64,000 nucleotides of DNA from Candidatus Aenigmatarchaeota archaeon (GCA_038997305.1 JAWAZZ010000001.1:44159-108158); one strand, 5' to 3'; positions 38,418 to 47,156 are shown, counted from the first letter of the stretch. A program made the numbers and translations. Notes: a model not told the origin generated them from the sequence alone.

Positions 38418-40652
38418 ATGAGGAGAGTATTTTTTGTTTTTTTAGCTTTATTTTTAGTATTTTCATTATCAAATTTTTCTTATTCTTCGGAATGCGCAGC
38501 ATACTTGCTTAATTCTTGTGAATTTTCAGATAGGTATGAGTGCAGTTCTGTAAGTTTAGTCAGCGAAAGCGGCTTAGAATATAGAAGACATTACATAAGT
38601 GATAAAGATATAGCCCCTATTTCAATTGCTATAGATAGATATGGAAATGCTTGGATAGGAACAAAGGAAAATGAAATAGTTAAAATAAATTTTGATTGCA
38701 AAAATAATATAGATTCTGACGGTGATGGAAAAGTGAGTATTAGTGAAATGAATGACATAAAAGACGATAAGTGTATAGAGCTAAGATTAAAACTTCCTTG
38801 TAAAAAAATTAATTCTGTTTGCATCGATTTTATTAATGATTTTTTGTATGCTGGATGTTATGATTCAAAACTATTTTATAGAATATCTTTAGATGGCGAA
38901 ATTTTAAAAAGTTGGAAATTAGATTATGGACCTTTTAATTGTGTTGTAGACGATGCATCTAATGTTTGGATTTCTACATTGTCAAAAAACTTAATAGAAA
39001 TAAACTTTGAATCAGATAAACCAGAATATTATAAAGTTAGTGACAAAACATATAGTATTTCTAAATGTAAAGATAAAGATTGTCTAATAATAACTTCTGA
39101 AGAAAGTGGCAAAGTATTAATATTTAACACATCATCTAAAAAGGTAACTTTAGAGAGGAAAATTTCTTCTTATGCAATTTCTTCCATTTCTGATGATAAT
39201 TTTATTTATTTGTTGGATAGCAAAGAGGGGAAAATATACAGGCTCGATTTTAATTTAAACATATTGAATAATTTAGATATATGTAAATGGCCAATATCTG
39301 TTTCTATTGATTCTTGTAATAATGTTTGGATTATTTGTAGCGAGGAGTTATTAATATTATCTAAAGATTTTTCGAAAATAAACAAATATTCTATATCTTC
39401 TTCCAGGTTTTTTATTTCTGATTTTACTGGGTATTATTCTAATGCAAATATAAGAATAGAGCAAAAAAGTTTGCAAAAATTCAGAGATAACGATGGCAAA
39501 TGCGAAATAGATAAGGGAGAAAATTGTGCAACATCTCCTAATGATTGTAGTTGCGGAAATGGTAAAATTTGTTGTATTAACGATCCAAAAAAAGATGAAA
39601 GGGGTTGTACAAACAGAAAAGCTAAAGAAGGAGAAGAATGTTATTGTAGCTCTCAATGTTTAGATAATCTGAATTGCAATCCGGTAGCTCCAAATTTCAA
39701 TAAATATAGTAGAGCTTGTTGCCCTGCCGGAAAAGTTTGGAATGGAACACATTGCACAGAAAGCGATTTACTTAGTTTTTGTCCTAAAGATACTAACTGT
39801 AAATCTTTTTGGCCGAACAAGCAAGGAAAATTATTATCTATAAACGAAGAAAATTATGCTTGTGATTTATTTGAAGTTTGTCATCCATATGTTCAAAGTA
39901 TAGCAAGAGAAGCCTTTGAATGTTGTTCAAAGGAGTGCAATTCTAATTGTCACTCTTATTGTAAAGAAGCTTTAGAATATTCTGGTTATAACAAAGAAAA
40001 AACTTATGAAAGATTAAAGTTTTGTATGGGACTATACATAACTTCTGGATTTGGCCCAGCAAAAAGATTTATGATAGGTTATAATGATGCTGAAATTTGT
40101 TGTGGAGCGAAATATTTTCCAGATAATAATATTAGAGATGTTTTAGAAGGTGTTTGTAAATCTGCTTATGGGGATAGTTTTATTGGCAAATGCGAACCTA
40201 AAATAGAAAATACTGGTCTAAAAGATTTAGAATGTAAAGAAGCAGTAAGTAAATATCCTTTGGGATGGAAAAGCGATAATAATATGAAAGAAAATAGCTG
40301 TATATTCTCTGATTTGCCTGCTCATGTTACTCTAAACTTTATAAAAACTGGAATATGTGTAGATTATTCTGTTGCGTTAACTTCTGCATTAAGAGCTGCT
40401 GGGTATTCTTCGAATGAAGTTTATACTGTTGTGGCACCTGGACATGCTTATAATTTAGTTCTATTTCCTCTAAATGAAAAATATACTATAGTAGATACTA
40501 CTGCCAATTATCCAAATAATTGGCGTCCGGGTCAGCAGCCAGGAAAGTATAACTTTGGAAATATTATGAAAAGTAGATGTGAATACGAGCAATGTATGAA
40601 TGATAATGGTATATTAACTTGTCCACCCAAAAATTTAGTTTATGGTTGCTAA
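38418..40652 (+). CDS. secreted beta-propeller-like + Cys-rich + C-terminal transglutaminase-like (Cys-His-Asp) domain protein
   Basis: Signal peptide MRRVFFVFLALFLVFSLSNFSYS. The N-terminal half is homologous to the middle of 16008..17798, including the EF-hand loop DSDGDGKVSISEM. The Cys module GEECYCSSQCLDNLNCNPV...ACCPAGKVWNGTHC is shared with the metzincin. The C-terminal triad is GICVDYS ... GHAYNLV ... IVDTT. Confidence 0.65.
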   Translation: MRRVFFVFLALFLVFSLSNFSYSSECAAYLLNSCEFSDRYECSSVSLVSESGLEYRRHYISDKDIAPISIAIDRYGNAWIGTKENEIVKINFDCKNNIDSDGDGKVSISEMNDIKDDKCIELRLKLPCKKINSVCIDFINDFLYAGCYDSKLFYRISLDGEILKSWKLDYGPFNCVVDDASNVWISTLSKNLIEINFESDKPEYYKVSDKTYSISKCKDKDCLIITSEESGKVLIFNTSSKKVTLERKISSYAISSISDDNFIYLLDSKEGKIYRLDFNLNILNNLDICKWPISVSIDSCNNVWIICSEELLILSKDFSKINKYSISSSRFFISDFTGYYSNANIRIEQKSLQKFRDNDGKCEIDKGENCATSPNDCSCGNGKICCINDPKKDERGCTNRKAKEGEECYCSSQCLDNLNCNPVAPNFNKYSRACCPAGKVWNGTHCTESDLLSFCPKDTNCKSFWPNKQGKLLSINEENYACDLFEVCHPYVQSIAREAFECCSKECNSNCHSYCKEALEYSGYNKEKTYERLKFCMGLYITSGFGPAKRFMIGYNDAEICCGAKYFPDNNIRDVLEGVCKSAYGDSFIGKCEPKIENTGLKDLECKEAVSKYPLGWKSDNNMKENSCIFSDLPAHVTLNFIKTGICVDYSVALTSALRAAGYSSNEVYTVVAPGHAYNLVLFPLNEKYTIVDTTANYPNNWRPGQQPGKYNFGNIMKSRCEYEQCMNDNGILTCPPKNLVYGC

Positions 40653-41322
40653 AACGTTTTTATTTATCTTTTTGCTATTGATTTTTTCTAGCTTTGTTTA
40701 TTCTTGTATAAATGTTAATAAGACTTCTAATGTAACTATAGCAAAAACTAACGAAGCAATTGAAATTAAAATATTTATAGAAAACAAATGTGAAAAAGAT
40801 AAAGAGATTACAATTGTTGAGGACGTTTTTGGTGACGTTATTTATCCTAGAGAAAATTTAGTCTTTTACAATACTTCCGAAAAAGTTTTTATTTGGAGAT
40901 CTCCTCAATTGATTTGGAAAAATATTAACTTGGAGGCAAATCAGAAAATAAGCATTAGCTACGTAATTTATTTTGATACAGTAGATAAATTTGTAATTCC
41001 TCCTACAAAGGTTTTAGATGAAAGCGGTAATGTTTATAACTCTAATTCCATTGAAATAAAAATTGAATGTAATAGGAATGGGATGTGTGAAAAAATGTAT
41101 GCAGAGAATTATGTAAATTGTCCAGAGGATTGTAAAGTAAGTAGTGAAGATGGTATTTGTAGTGGGTATGTTAATGATCCTGACTGTAAGACTCAAATAA
41201 AAACAGAAGAGAAAAAGGAAGAAAATTTTTTATTCTACGTTTTCGTAATATCTTTAATTGTTTTATCTGTTTTGCTTGTGTTATACAGATTTGTTATAAG
41301 AAAAACTTTAACTAAATCTTAA
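40642..41322 (+). CDS. secreted protein with C-terminal TM anchor
   Basis: Signal peptide MVAKTFLFIFLLLIFSSFVYS and C-terminal TM FLFYVFVISLIVLSVLLVLYRFVI. Overlaps the upstream gene by 11 nt. Confidence 0.5.
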   Translation: MVAKTFLFIFLLLIFSSFVYSCINVNKTSNVTIAKTNEAIEIKIFIENKCEKDKEITIVEDVFGDVIYPRENLVFYNTSEKVFIWRSPQLIWKNINLEANQKISISYVIYFDTVDKFVIPPTKVLDESGNVYNSNSIEIKIECNRNGMCEKMYAENYVNCPEDCKVSSEDGICSGYVNDPDCKTQIKTEEKKEENFLFYVFVISLIVLSVLLVLYRFVIRKTLTKS

Positions 41323-41357
41323 AATTTTAATAATCGGGTTTTTATAAATTATTATTT

Positions 41358-43775
41358 ATGGCGAGAAAAATTCATTACTTCTTATTCCTTATTTATTTTC
41401 TATTTTTAATTACTAGTGTTGGATTATCAGATAGTTACTCTTTAGAGCTTAAAAAAGGATGGAACCTAATTTCTTTACCACTAAAAAATATAAAAGTTGA
41501 AAACGTGGAGTGTGAAATTAAATCTATTTGGTCATATGAAAACGGCAAATGGAAAAAATTGAGTAATATTAATCAGTTAGTTTCTGGTAAAGGATATTGG
41601 ATTTATGTTAGAAGTGCTACATGTGATATTGTTATCTATGGAGATAAAATAAATTATAATCCAATAGAAAAATTAAGTAAAGGATGGAATTTAGTTGGAA
41701 TAGGTTCTAATGAAATATATGTTAAAGACTTAAAAAATGTTTGTAAAAATATTACTAGAATTTGGGGTTATGAAAACGGCAAATGGATAAAATTAAATGA
41801 TGAAGATAAATTAGTTCCTGGTAAAGGATATTGGATATATAGTAGAGATGAATGTGATTTGCAGCAAACATCTCAAAATGAAAAATTATGTAAAATAGAG
41901 TCTGTTTCTACAAGTATAAATGAGATAAATGATTGCGATAAAGAGCAGAATATAAGACTCGTAGTTAAATTAAGTGGAGATTGTAGCAATAATATAGTTA
42001 AAATTAAAGAAATAAATCAAAATATCGAATGCAAAATTGATAAAGATGAATGTAATATAGTAATAAATAATCCTAAACAATATGATGGCAAAACTTTGAA
42101 TTTTAGGGTTTATCTTGATGATAAAGATCTGAATACAGAAATAAAAATAACTGTAAAATGTAATAAGGAGTCTCAAGTTTGTAAATCTGGTCAAACAAAA
42201 TGTGAAAATAACAAATTGTACGAATGTGTTAATGGACAATGGCAAGATAAAACTCCTTCATGTCCACAAGATCAACAGTTTGTATGTCTAGATCAAGCTC
42301 GCGGAGAATGTAAAGCCTGTGAGTTTGGTCAAACAAAATGTGAAAATAATAAGATGTATGTTTGTGTAGATGGCAAATGGAAAGAAATATCTCCACCTTG
42401 TACAATTGGAGAAAATTTTGTTTGTATAAATGATAAGCAAGGTGAATGCAAACCTATAGAAACATGTCAGTCTGGACAAATAAAATGTGAAGGTAACAAA
42501 TTCCTCATTTGTATTGATAATAAGTGGATGGGTACATATGTTCCACCATGTCCAGTTTATACTAATATTGAAGTTCCTAGATTCGAGTGTGTAAATAATA
42601 TGACGGGAGTCTGTAAACCTTCAGAATCATCTTATAGAGTTACTGATTTTGAGGTCAAATGTATAAAAGAAATAAATAAGATTTTTTTGGTTAGAAAAGA
42701 TAATGGAGCTTATATAGAGATTTATCCTCAATGTCCAAGTGGTTATTCATTTGTTTGTATTAATGATAGAGATGGAAAATGTGTTCTAAGCGATGCTTCC
42801 CAAATATGTAAAAATAGTGAAACAAAATGTGAAAATGATGAACTTTTCGTTTGTGCTGGAAATAGATGGACTAAGGTAACATTTCCTTGTGATGAATGCG
42901 AATATTTTGTTTGCAAAAACGATAAAACAGGAACTTGTGCTAAGCTAACTACTAAATGTCTTAACAATAAGAATATTTTGTTGAAATGTGTAGGAGGAGA
43001 AAAATATTGGTGGGAAAAAGTCAATATAACATGCGAAAACAATCAGAAATTTGTTTGTACAAATTATACTAGTGGAGAATGCCTTAAGATGAAGGACACC
43101 AAAATAACTATAGAAGTTTTAGATAATGGTGGAGATCCATATTATGGTATTTTAAGGATTGTTGTTAATAAATTGTTAACTCCGAAAGAATTTTGGGAAA
43201 ATATTAGGAGAGAAGAAGATACATTTTTAGTTGGGAAAGGTGAAAAGATAGAGTTCGAAATTTCAGATTTTCTGAAATTCGCTGATATTGCTATAAATTC
43301 GGAACATACATGGACTATAAAAGTTACAGATCCTTTCGGAAACGTTAAAGTTTGTAAAGTTAATAAAGATTTGAGATGTAGAATAGGATATGAACCTGCT
43401 GATGAAATTATACTTGAAGTATTAGATGTAGAACTTCCAAAGGACTTGAAAAATGTAGATCCTTATTCTGTTAGAGAACAGTTTTACATATATCTGATAG
43501 ATGATTGGATTATAAATAAGTATAATACTAAATATGAAAGTTATCTTAAATGTATGACATCATATTTATCTAAGGGTGAAACTTATAGATGTAAGCTTTA
43601 TGGGAGTCCTTATTATGGTGTTAGAATAACTACGTATGCTGTTAGGTTAAACTGGGTAGTAAGAGTTACAGATCCTTTTGGAAACGTTAAAGTTTGTAAA
43701 ATAAATTATAAAAACAGTTGTGAAATAAATCTCAATCCTTTATATGAGATATTTAAAAATTTAAGAGAAAAATAG
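41358..43775 (+). CDS. giant secreted Cys-rich modular surface protein (2 GWNL repeats, about five ~45-aa Cys6 repeats, C-terminal duplicated VTDPFGNVKVCK module)
   Basis: Signal peptide MARKIHYFLFLIYFLFLITSVGLS. Repeats as listed below. The C-terminus carries WTIKVTDPFGNVKVCKVNKDLRC and VVRVTDPFGNVKVCKINYKNSC. Confidence 0.65.
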   Translation: MARKIHYFLFLIYFLFLITSVGLSDSYSLELKKGWNLISLPLKNIKVENVECEIKSIWSYENGKWKKLSNINQLVSGKGYWIYVRSATCDIVIYGDKINYNPIEKLSKGWNLVGIGSNEIYVKDLKNVCKNITRIWGYENGKWIKLNDEDKLVPGKGYWIYSRDECDLQQTSQNEKLCKIESVSTSINEINDCDKEQNIRLVVKLSGDCSNNIVKIKEINQNIECKIDKDECNIVINNPKQYDGKTLNFRVYLDDKDLNTEIKITVKCNKESQVCKSGQTKCENNKLYECVNGQWQDKTPSCPQDQQFVCLDQARGECKACEFGQTKCENNKMYVCVDGKWKEISPPCTIGENFVCINDKQGECKPIETCQSGQIKCEGNKFLICIDNKWMGTYVPPCPVYTNIEVPRFECVNNMTGVCKPSESSYRVTDFEVKCIKEINKIFLVRKDNGAYIEIYPQCPSGYSFVCINDRDGKCVLSDASQICKNSETKCENDELFVCAGNRWTKVTFPCDECEYFVCKNDKTGTCAKLTTKCLNNKNILLKCVGGEKYWWEKVNITCENNQKFVCTNYTSGECLKMKDTKITIEVLDNGGDPYYGILRIVVNKLLTPKEFWENIRREEDTFLVGKGEKIEFEISDFLKFADIAINSEHTWTIKVTDPFGNVKVCKVNKDLRCRIGYEPADEIILEVLDVELPKDLKNVDPYSVREQFYIYLIDDWIINKYNTKYESYLKCMTSYLSKGETYRCKLYGSPYYGVRITTYAVRLNWVVRVTDPFGNVKVCKINYKNSCEINLNPLYEIFKNLREK
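41445..41862 (+). repeat. tandem pair of GWNL aromatic repeat modules (coding)
   Basis: LKKGWNLISLPLKN...IWSYENGKWKKL...GKGYWIYVRSATCDI and LSKGWNLVGIG...IWGYENGKWIKL...GKGYWIYSRDECDL. Confidence 0.7.
42180..43090 (+). repeat. array of ~45-aa Cys6 repeats, C..GQTKCENNK.Y.C..G.W......C.....FVC......GEC (coding)
   Basis: About 5 copies. The first copy is about 92% nt-identical to 34537..34680 in the other giant gene, compared by eye. Confidence 0.6.
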
Positions 43776-43781
43776 CTAAAA

Positions 43782-44237
43782 TTATCTTTTACTTCTTTGT
43801 TTATGTCTTCTAGATCCTCTACTACTTGCACCTTTTCCACTAGAATGATGTGGCTCATTCATTCTATAATCTCTTTTTAATAACCAAGGATCGAAAGAGT
43901 GGAATAATTCTTCTAATTTTTTATTTCTTACTATTCTCAATAAGGCTTTGGCAATTGCTTGTCTAATTGCATCTGCTTGACTTACTAATCCACCACCCTT
44001 AACATTAACTTTTATTTCATATTTTGGTAATATGTCTTTTATATAATCTTCGCTAATCATAAAAACTTCTCTTATTCTCCATCTTAGAGTTTCTGTCCCC
44101 CAAACATTTAATGGGTATGAATTAATTCTAATTTTTAGTTCAGAATTCTCTCTCTCTTTTAACTTAAAAGTTACTCTTGCAACAGCTGTTTTTCTCTTCC
44201 CAACTTCATGAACTATTTTTGGTAATTTTGTTACCAT
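43782..44237 (-). CDS. rps9: 30S ribosomal protein S9 (uS9)
   Basis: VHEVGKRKTAVARV, KGGGLVSQADAIRQAIAKAL, and an Arg/Lys-rich tail ending SKR. Confidence 0.9.
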   Translation of the reverse strand: MVTKLPKIVHEVGKRKTAVARVTFKLKERENSELKIRINSYPLNVWGTETLRWRIREVFMISEDYIKDILPKYEIKVNVKGGGLVSQADAIRQAIAKALLRIVRNKKLEELFHSFDPWLLKRDYRMNEPHHSSGKGASSRGSRRHKQRSKR

Positions 44238-44659
44238 CTTTTCTTAGCTCCTATAGCTAATGCTATTTCTTCTAAAGTCATATATCCAACTTTAACTAAA
44301 TCATTAGCTGTTTTTACTTTTACATCCATAATTTTATCTTTATATTCTTCTGGTAAACCATAAAAAATTTTCAAATTTTTTAGTGCAACTTTTCCTCTAT
44401 ATGTTTTATATGGTAGCATTCCTCTAACCATTCTTCTAAAAATTTCATCCGGATATCTTGGATAGAAAGGACCTTTATATGGATCTCCCCTTTCTCTTCT
44501 CTTCTTAAATTCTTCTATAATATCTTCTCTATCTCCACTAATAACGGCCTTTTCTACATTAACAACGATAACCTTATTACCTTTCAACAATTCTTTAGCA
44601 ACAAAACTAGCTAATCTTCCAGCGATTTTATTAGTTGCGTCTATAACTATCTCTTTCAT
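44231..44659 (-). CDS. rpl13: 50S ribosomal protein L13 (uL13)
   Basis: VIDATNKIAGRLASFVAKELLKGNKVIVVNVEKAVISG. Confidence 0.9.
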   Translation of the reverse strand: MKEIVIDATNKIAGRLASFVAKELLKGNKVIVVNVEKAVISGDREDIIEEFKKRRERGDPYKGPFYPRYPDEIFRRMVRGMLPYKTYRGKVALKNLKIFYGLPEEYKDKIMDVKVKTANDLVKVGYMTLEEIALAIGAKKRW

Positions 44660-45021
44660 ATTATAATTCTTACATTACTTCCTTTAGGATTTTTTTCTAC
44701 TAACTCTTTTATGCTCATAATTTCTATACCAGATTTCTCTAATTTTAGTTTTGCTGCTTTTGAAAATCTCCATGCAGCTATTTTTATTTTTTTAGTTACA
44801 TTTCCAACACTCAAAACCTTTCCTGGAACCAAAACAATTTCTCCATCTTTAGCATATCTATCTATTTTATATAAATTAACTTCTACTCTTTTTCTTGTTG
44901 GTTTGCTTAATAGTTCAGCTACATATTTCCAAATCTTTGCTTTATTCTTTTTGCTAGCTTTTTCTAAGTAAACTATTAATTTCCTCAAGTATGGATTTGT
45001 AGGACCAGTAGGTTTTACCAT
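44656..45021 (-). CDS. rpl18e: 50S ribosomal protein L18e (eL18)
   Basis: PTNPYLRKLIVYL...IWKYVAELLSKPTRKRVEVNLYKI...VPGKVLSVG. This is the canonical L18e-L13-S9 gene order. Confidence 0.85.
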   Translation of the reverse strand: MVKPTGPTNPYLRKLIVYLEKASKKNKAKIWKYVAELLSKPTRKRVEVNLYKIDRYAKDGEIVLVPGKVLSVGNVTKKIKIAAWRFSKAAKLKLEKSGIEIMSIKELVEKNPKGSNVRIII

Positions 45022-45111
45022 AAATTTATTTCTAAAAAATATAAATTCAATTTGTTATATTAGATAAAAAAATTTAGAAAGGTATTTATATCTTGCTTGG
45101 GTAAATATATA

Positions 45112-46056
45112 ATGGTAAAGATAAAACTGGATATATGGAAGATATCCACTTTCGTTTTGTTAGTTGCGCTGATTATAACTCTGTACTATAGTAATTTTTC
45201 ATCTAGCTTAGGTTTTTTTGCATTAAAGAACAATCAAAATGCCAATGAAATAGGTAAAAAGGTTATAGATTATATTAATAAAAATTTAGTTCAACCTGGA
45301 ACATCAGCAAGTTTAAAGGATGTAAAGTTTGATTCTTCTTTGGGACTATATGTTGTTACCACAGAATATCAAGGCAATGAAATTCCTGTATATGTTTCTC
45401 CTAATGGAAACTTTTTAATTCTAGGTAGTGTATTAGATATGAGTAAGCAGTTAAATTTGGCTTCTCAATCTCAACAACAAATTCCAAAGTCTGATAGACC
45501 AAAAGTAGAACTATACATATTTTCATATTGTCCGTATGGAGTGCAGGCTCAATCTGCGTTTATAGAGGTAGCCAAAGCAATGAAGGATTATGCCGACTTT
45601 TATGTGAGATTCTTTAGTCATATGCATGGAGAGTTTGAAAGGCAACAAAACATGATTCAAGAGTGTATAATTAGAATGTATCCTCAGAAATATTGGGATT
45701 ATGCAAAAATCTTTGTCGAAGAGATTTATAATAAGTGCTATGGGAATGTGACGTGTGATAAAGAAGAAAGTATTAAAGCTATGCAAAGAGTAGGAATAAA
45801 TGCTACAGAAATATTAAATTGTGTACAAACAAAGGGTAGCGAATATTATAACGAAGATATTAAGCTTGCAGAAAATTTAGGATTAACTGGTTCACCATCA
45901 TTTGTAATAAATGGAGTATATGTTAGTAATGTTGTAAGAACCCCAGATGGGATTAAAAATGTAGTTTGTCAAGCATTTAATAATCCACCAGCAATTTGTA
46001 ATCAAACATTAGGTTCGAGTTCATCAGTTTCTACAGCACCAGCGGGAAGTTGTTAA
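45112..46056 (+). CDS. membrane-anchored thioredoxin-fold thiol:disulfide oxidoreductase (DsbA-like)
   Basis: N-terminal TM. CPYG active site in YIFSYCPYGVQAQSAF. C-terminal GLTGSPSFVINGVYV resembles the DsbA cis-Pro region. The track start is TTG, so I moved it to the ATG. Confidence 0.55.
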   Translation: MVKIKLDIWKISTFVLLVALIITLYYSNFSSSLGFFALKNNQNANEIGKKVIDYINKNLVQPGTSASLKDVKFDSSLGLYVVTTEYQGNEIPVYVSPNGNFLILGSVLDMSKQLNLASQSQQQIPKSDRPKVELYIFSYCPYGVQAQSAFIEVAKAMKDYADFYVRFFSHMHGEFERQQNMIQECIIRMYPQKYWDYAKIFVEEIYNKCYGNVTCDKEESIKAMQRVGINATEILNCVQTKGSEYYNEDIKLAENLGLTGSPSFVINGVYVSNVVRTPDGIKNVVCQAFNNPPAICNQTLGSSSSVSTAPAGSC

Positions 46057-46088
46057 TAATATTTGGTAAAAACTATAATATTTAAATT

Positions 46089-47156
46089 ATGAATAGTGAG
46101 TATTTAACACTTATTTATTTAATTCTTTCTACAATGATAGGTGCTGGAATTTTGGCTTTACCATATGCTTTTTATAATGCTGGAATTATTAACTCTTTGT
46201 TTTTATTCTTCTTTTCAATGTTAATAACTTACATTTCTGCAAAAATAATATTAAATGCTTCTCTAAAATATTATTCTAATCAACTTCCTGAAATAATTAA
46301 TAGATATTTGGGAAAGTTTTTTGGTACATTTTTCTTTATTAGTTTTCTTCTTTCGCTGTTTTTCGTTAATATAGCTTACTTGAATGTAATTAACTTTTCT
46401 GTTAAAACATTTTATTCGCAATCTGAATCAATAACTTTATTAATAGCAGCAATAGTAATGTCTATTTCTTTTGTTGGATTTTGGCTAATTGAAAAATCTG
46501 AAAAGCTTCTTTTTACAATAAAGACGTTAATTTATTTTGCATTTCTTTCATTCGTTATTTTTATTACTCCAAAATACGATTTAAGCTTAATCTCCTTTAA
46601 TTTAAAAGATAACTTAGATTTTTTACTAATATCGATTTTTGCATTTTCTTTTTATTCTATAATACCTTCTTTATTATTAGTTTCGAAAGATAAAAAAGTT
46701 TTGAGAAATTCTTTTATAATTTCCTTAGTTATAGCTTTTTCGTTCTACTTTTTATTTGCATTTATAGTTTCTTCTAGAGTTGGAAATAAAGAAATTGCAA
46801 CATTAAATTTTAACGAACTTTTTAACATTCTAACCTTATTCTTAGTAATTACTCCTTATATAATTCTTTCTTGGGTAATGAGTGAAACAATTGCTGAAAG
46901 TTTTGAAATTTCTAAAAGAGTTTCGCTACTTTTGTCATATACTTTACCATTTATATTCTTTCTTTTGTTTCCAAAAAGTTTTTTAAGTTATATCGAAATA
47001 ACTTCTGGATTTTTTATTTTATCTAATTACTTTATTTTTGGATATTTGGGTTATAAACTTAACAGAAGGATTGAAGTTAATAAATTAGAATCTATATTAT
47101 TAATGATTATTTCGATAATCTTAATATTTTATGAAGCAGTAAACTTAATTTTATGA
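46089..47156 (+). CDS. polytopic permease, amino-acid transporter-like (HAAAP/AAAP-like)
   Basis: MIGAGILALPYAFYNAGI N-terminal motif typical of Tyr/Trp-type permeases, with about 10 TM helices. Confidence 0.45.
   Translation: MNSEYLTLIYLILSTMIGAGILALPYAFYNAGIINSLFLFFFSMLITYISAKIILNASLKYYSNQLPEIINRYLGKFFGTFFFISFLLSLFFVNIAYLNVINFSVKTFYSQSESITLLIAAIVMSISFVGFWLIEKSEKLLFTIKTLIYFAFLSFVIFITPKYDLSLISFNLKDNLDFLLISIFAFSFYSIIPSLLLVSKDKKVLRNSFIISLVIAFSFYFLFAFIVSSRVGNKEIATLNFNELFNILTLFLVITPYIILSWVMSETIAESFEISKRVSLLLSYTLPFIFFLLFPKSFLSYIEITSGFFILSNYFIFGYLGYKLNRRIEVNKLESILLMIISIILIFYEAVNLIL

Noticed and set aside
31211-43090. CRISPR array or other non-coding direct-repeat array
   Set aside because: All repeats are in-frame coding repeats of unequal length with degenerate copies. 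No short identical repeats with unique spacers were seen anywhere in the window.
13572-43775. Diversity-generating retroelement (template/variable repeat pair) as the source of the near-identical coding repeats
   Set aside because: No reverse transcriptase (YxDD) ORF is present in the window. The two exact repeats are 100% identical. In the 95% pair the mismatches are mixed substitutions with no adenine-specific bias.
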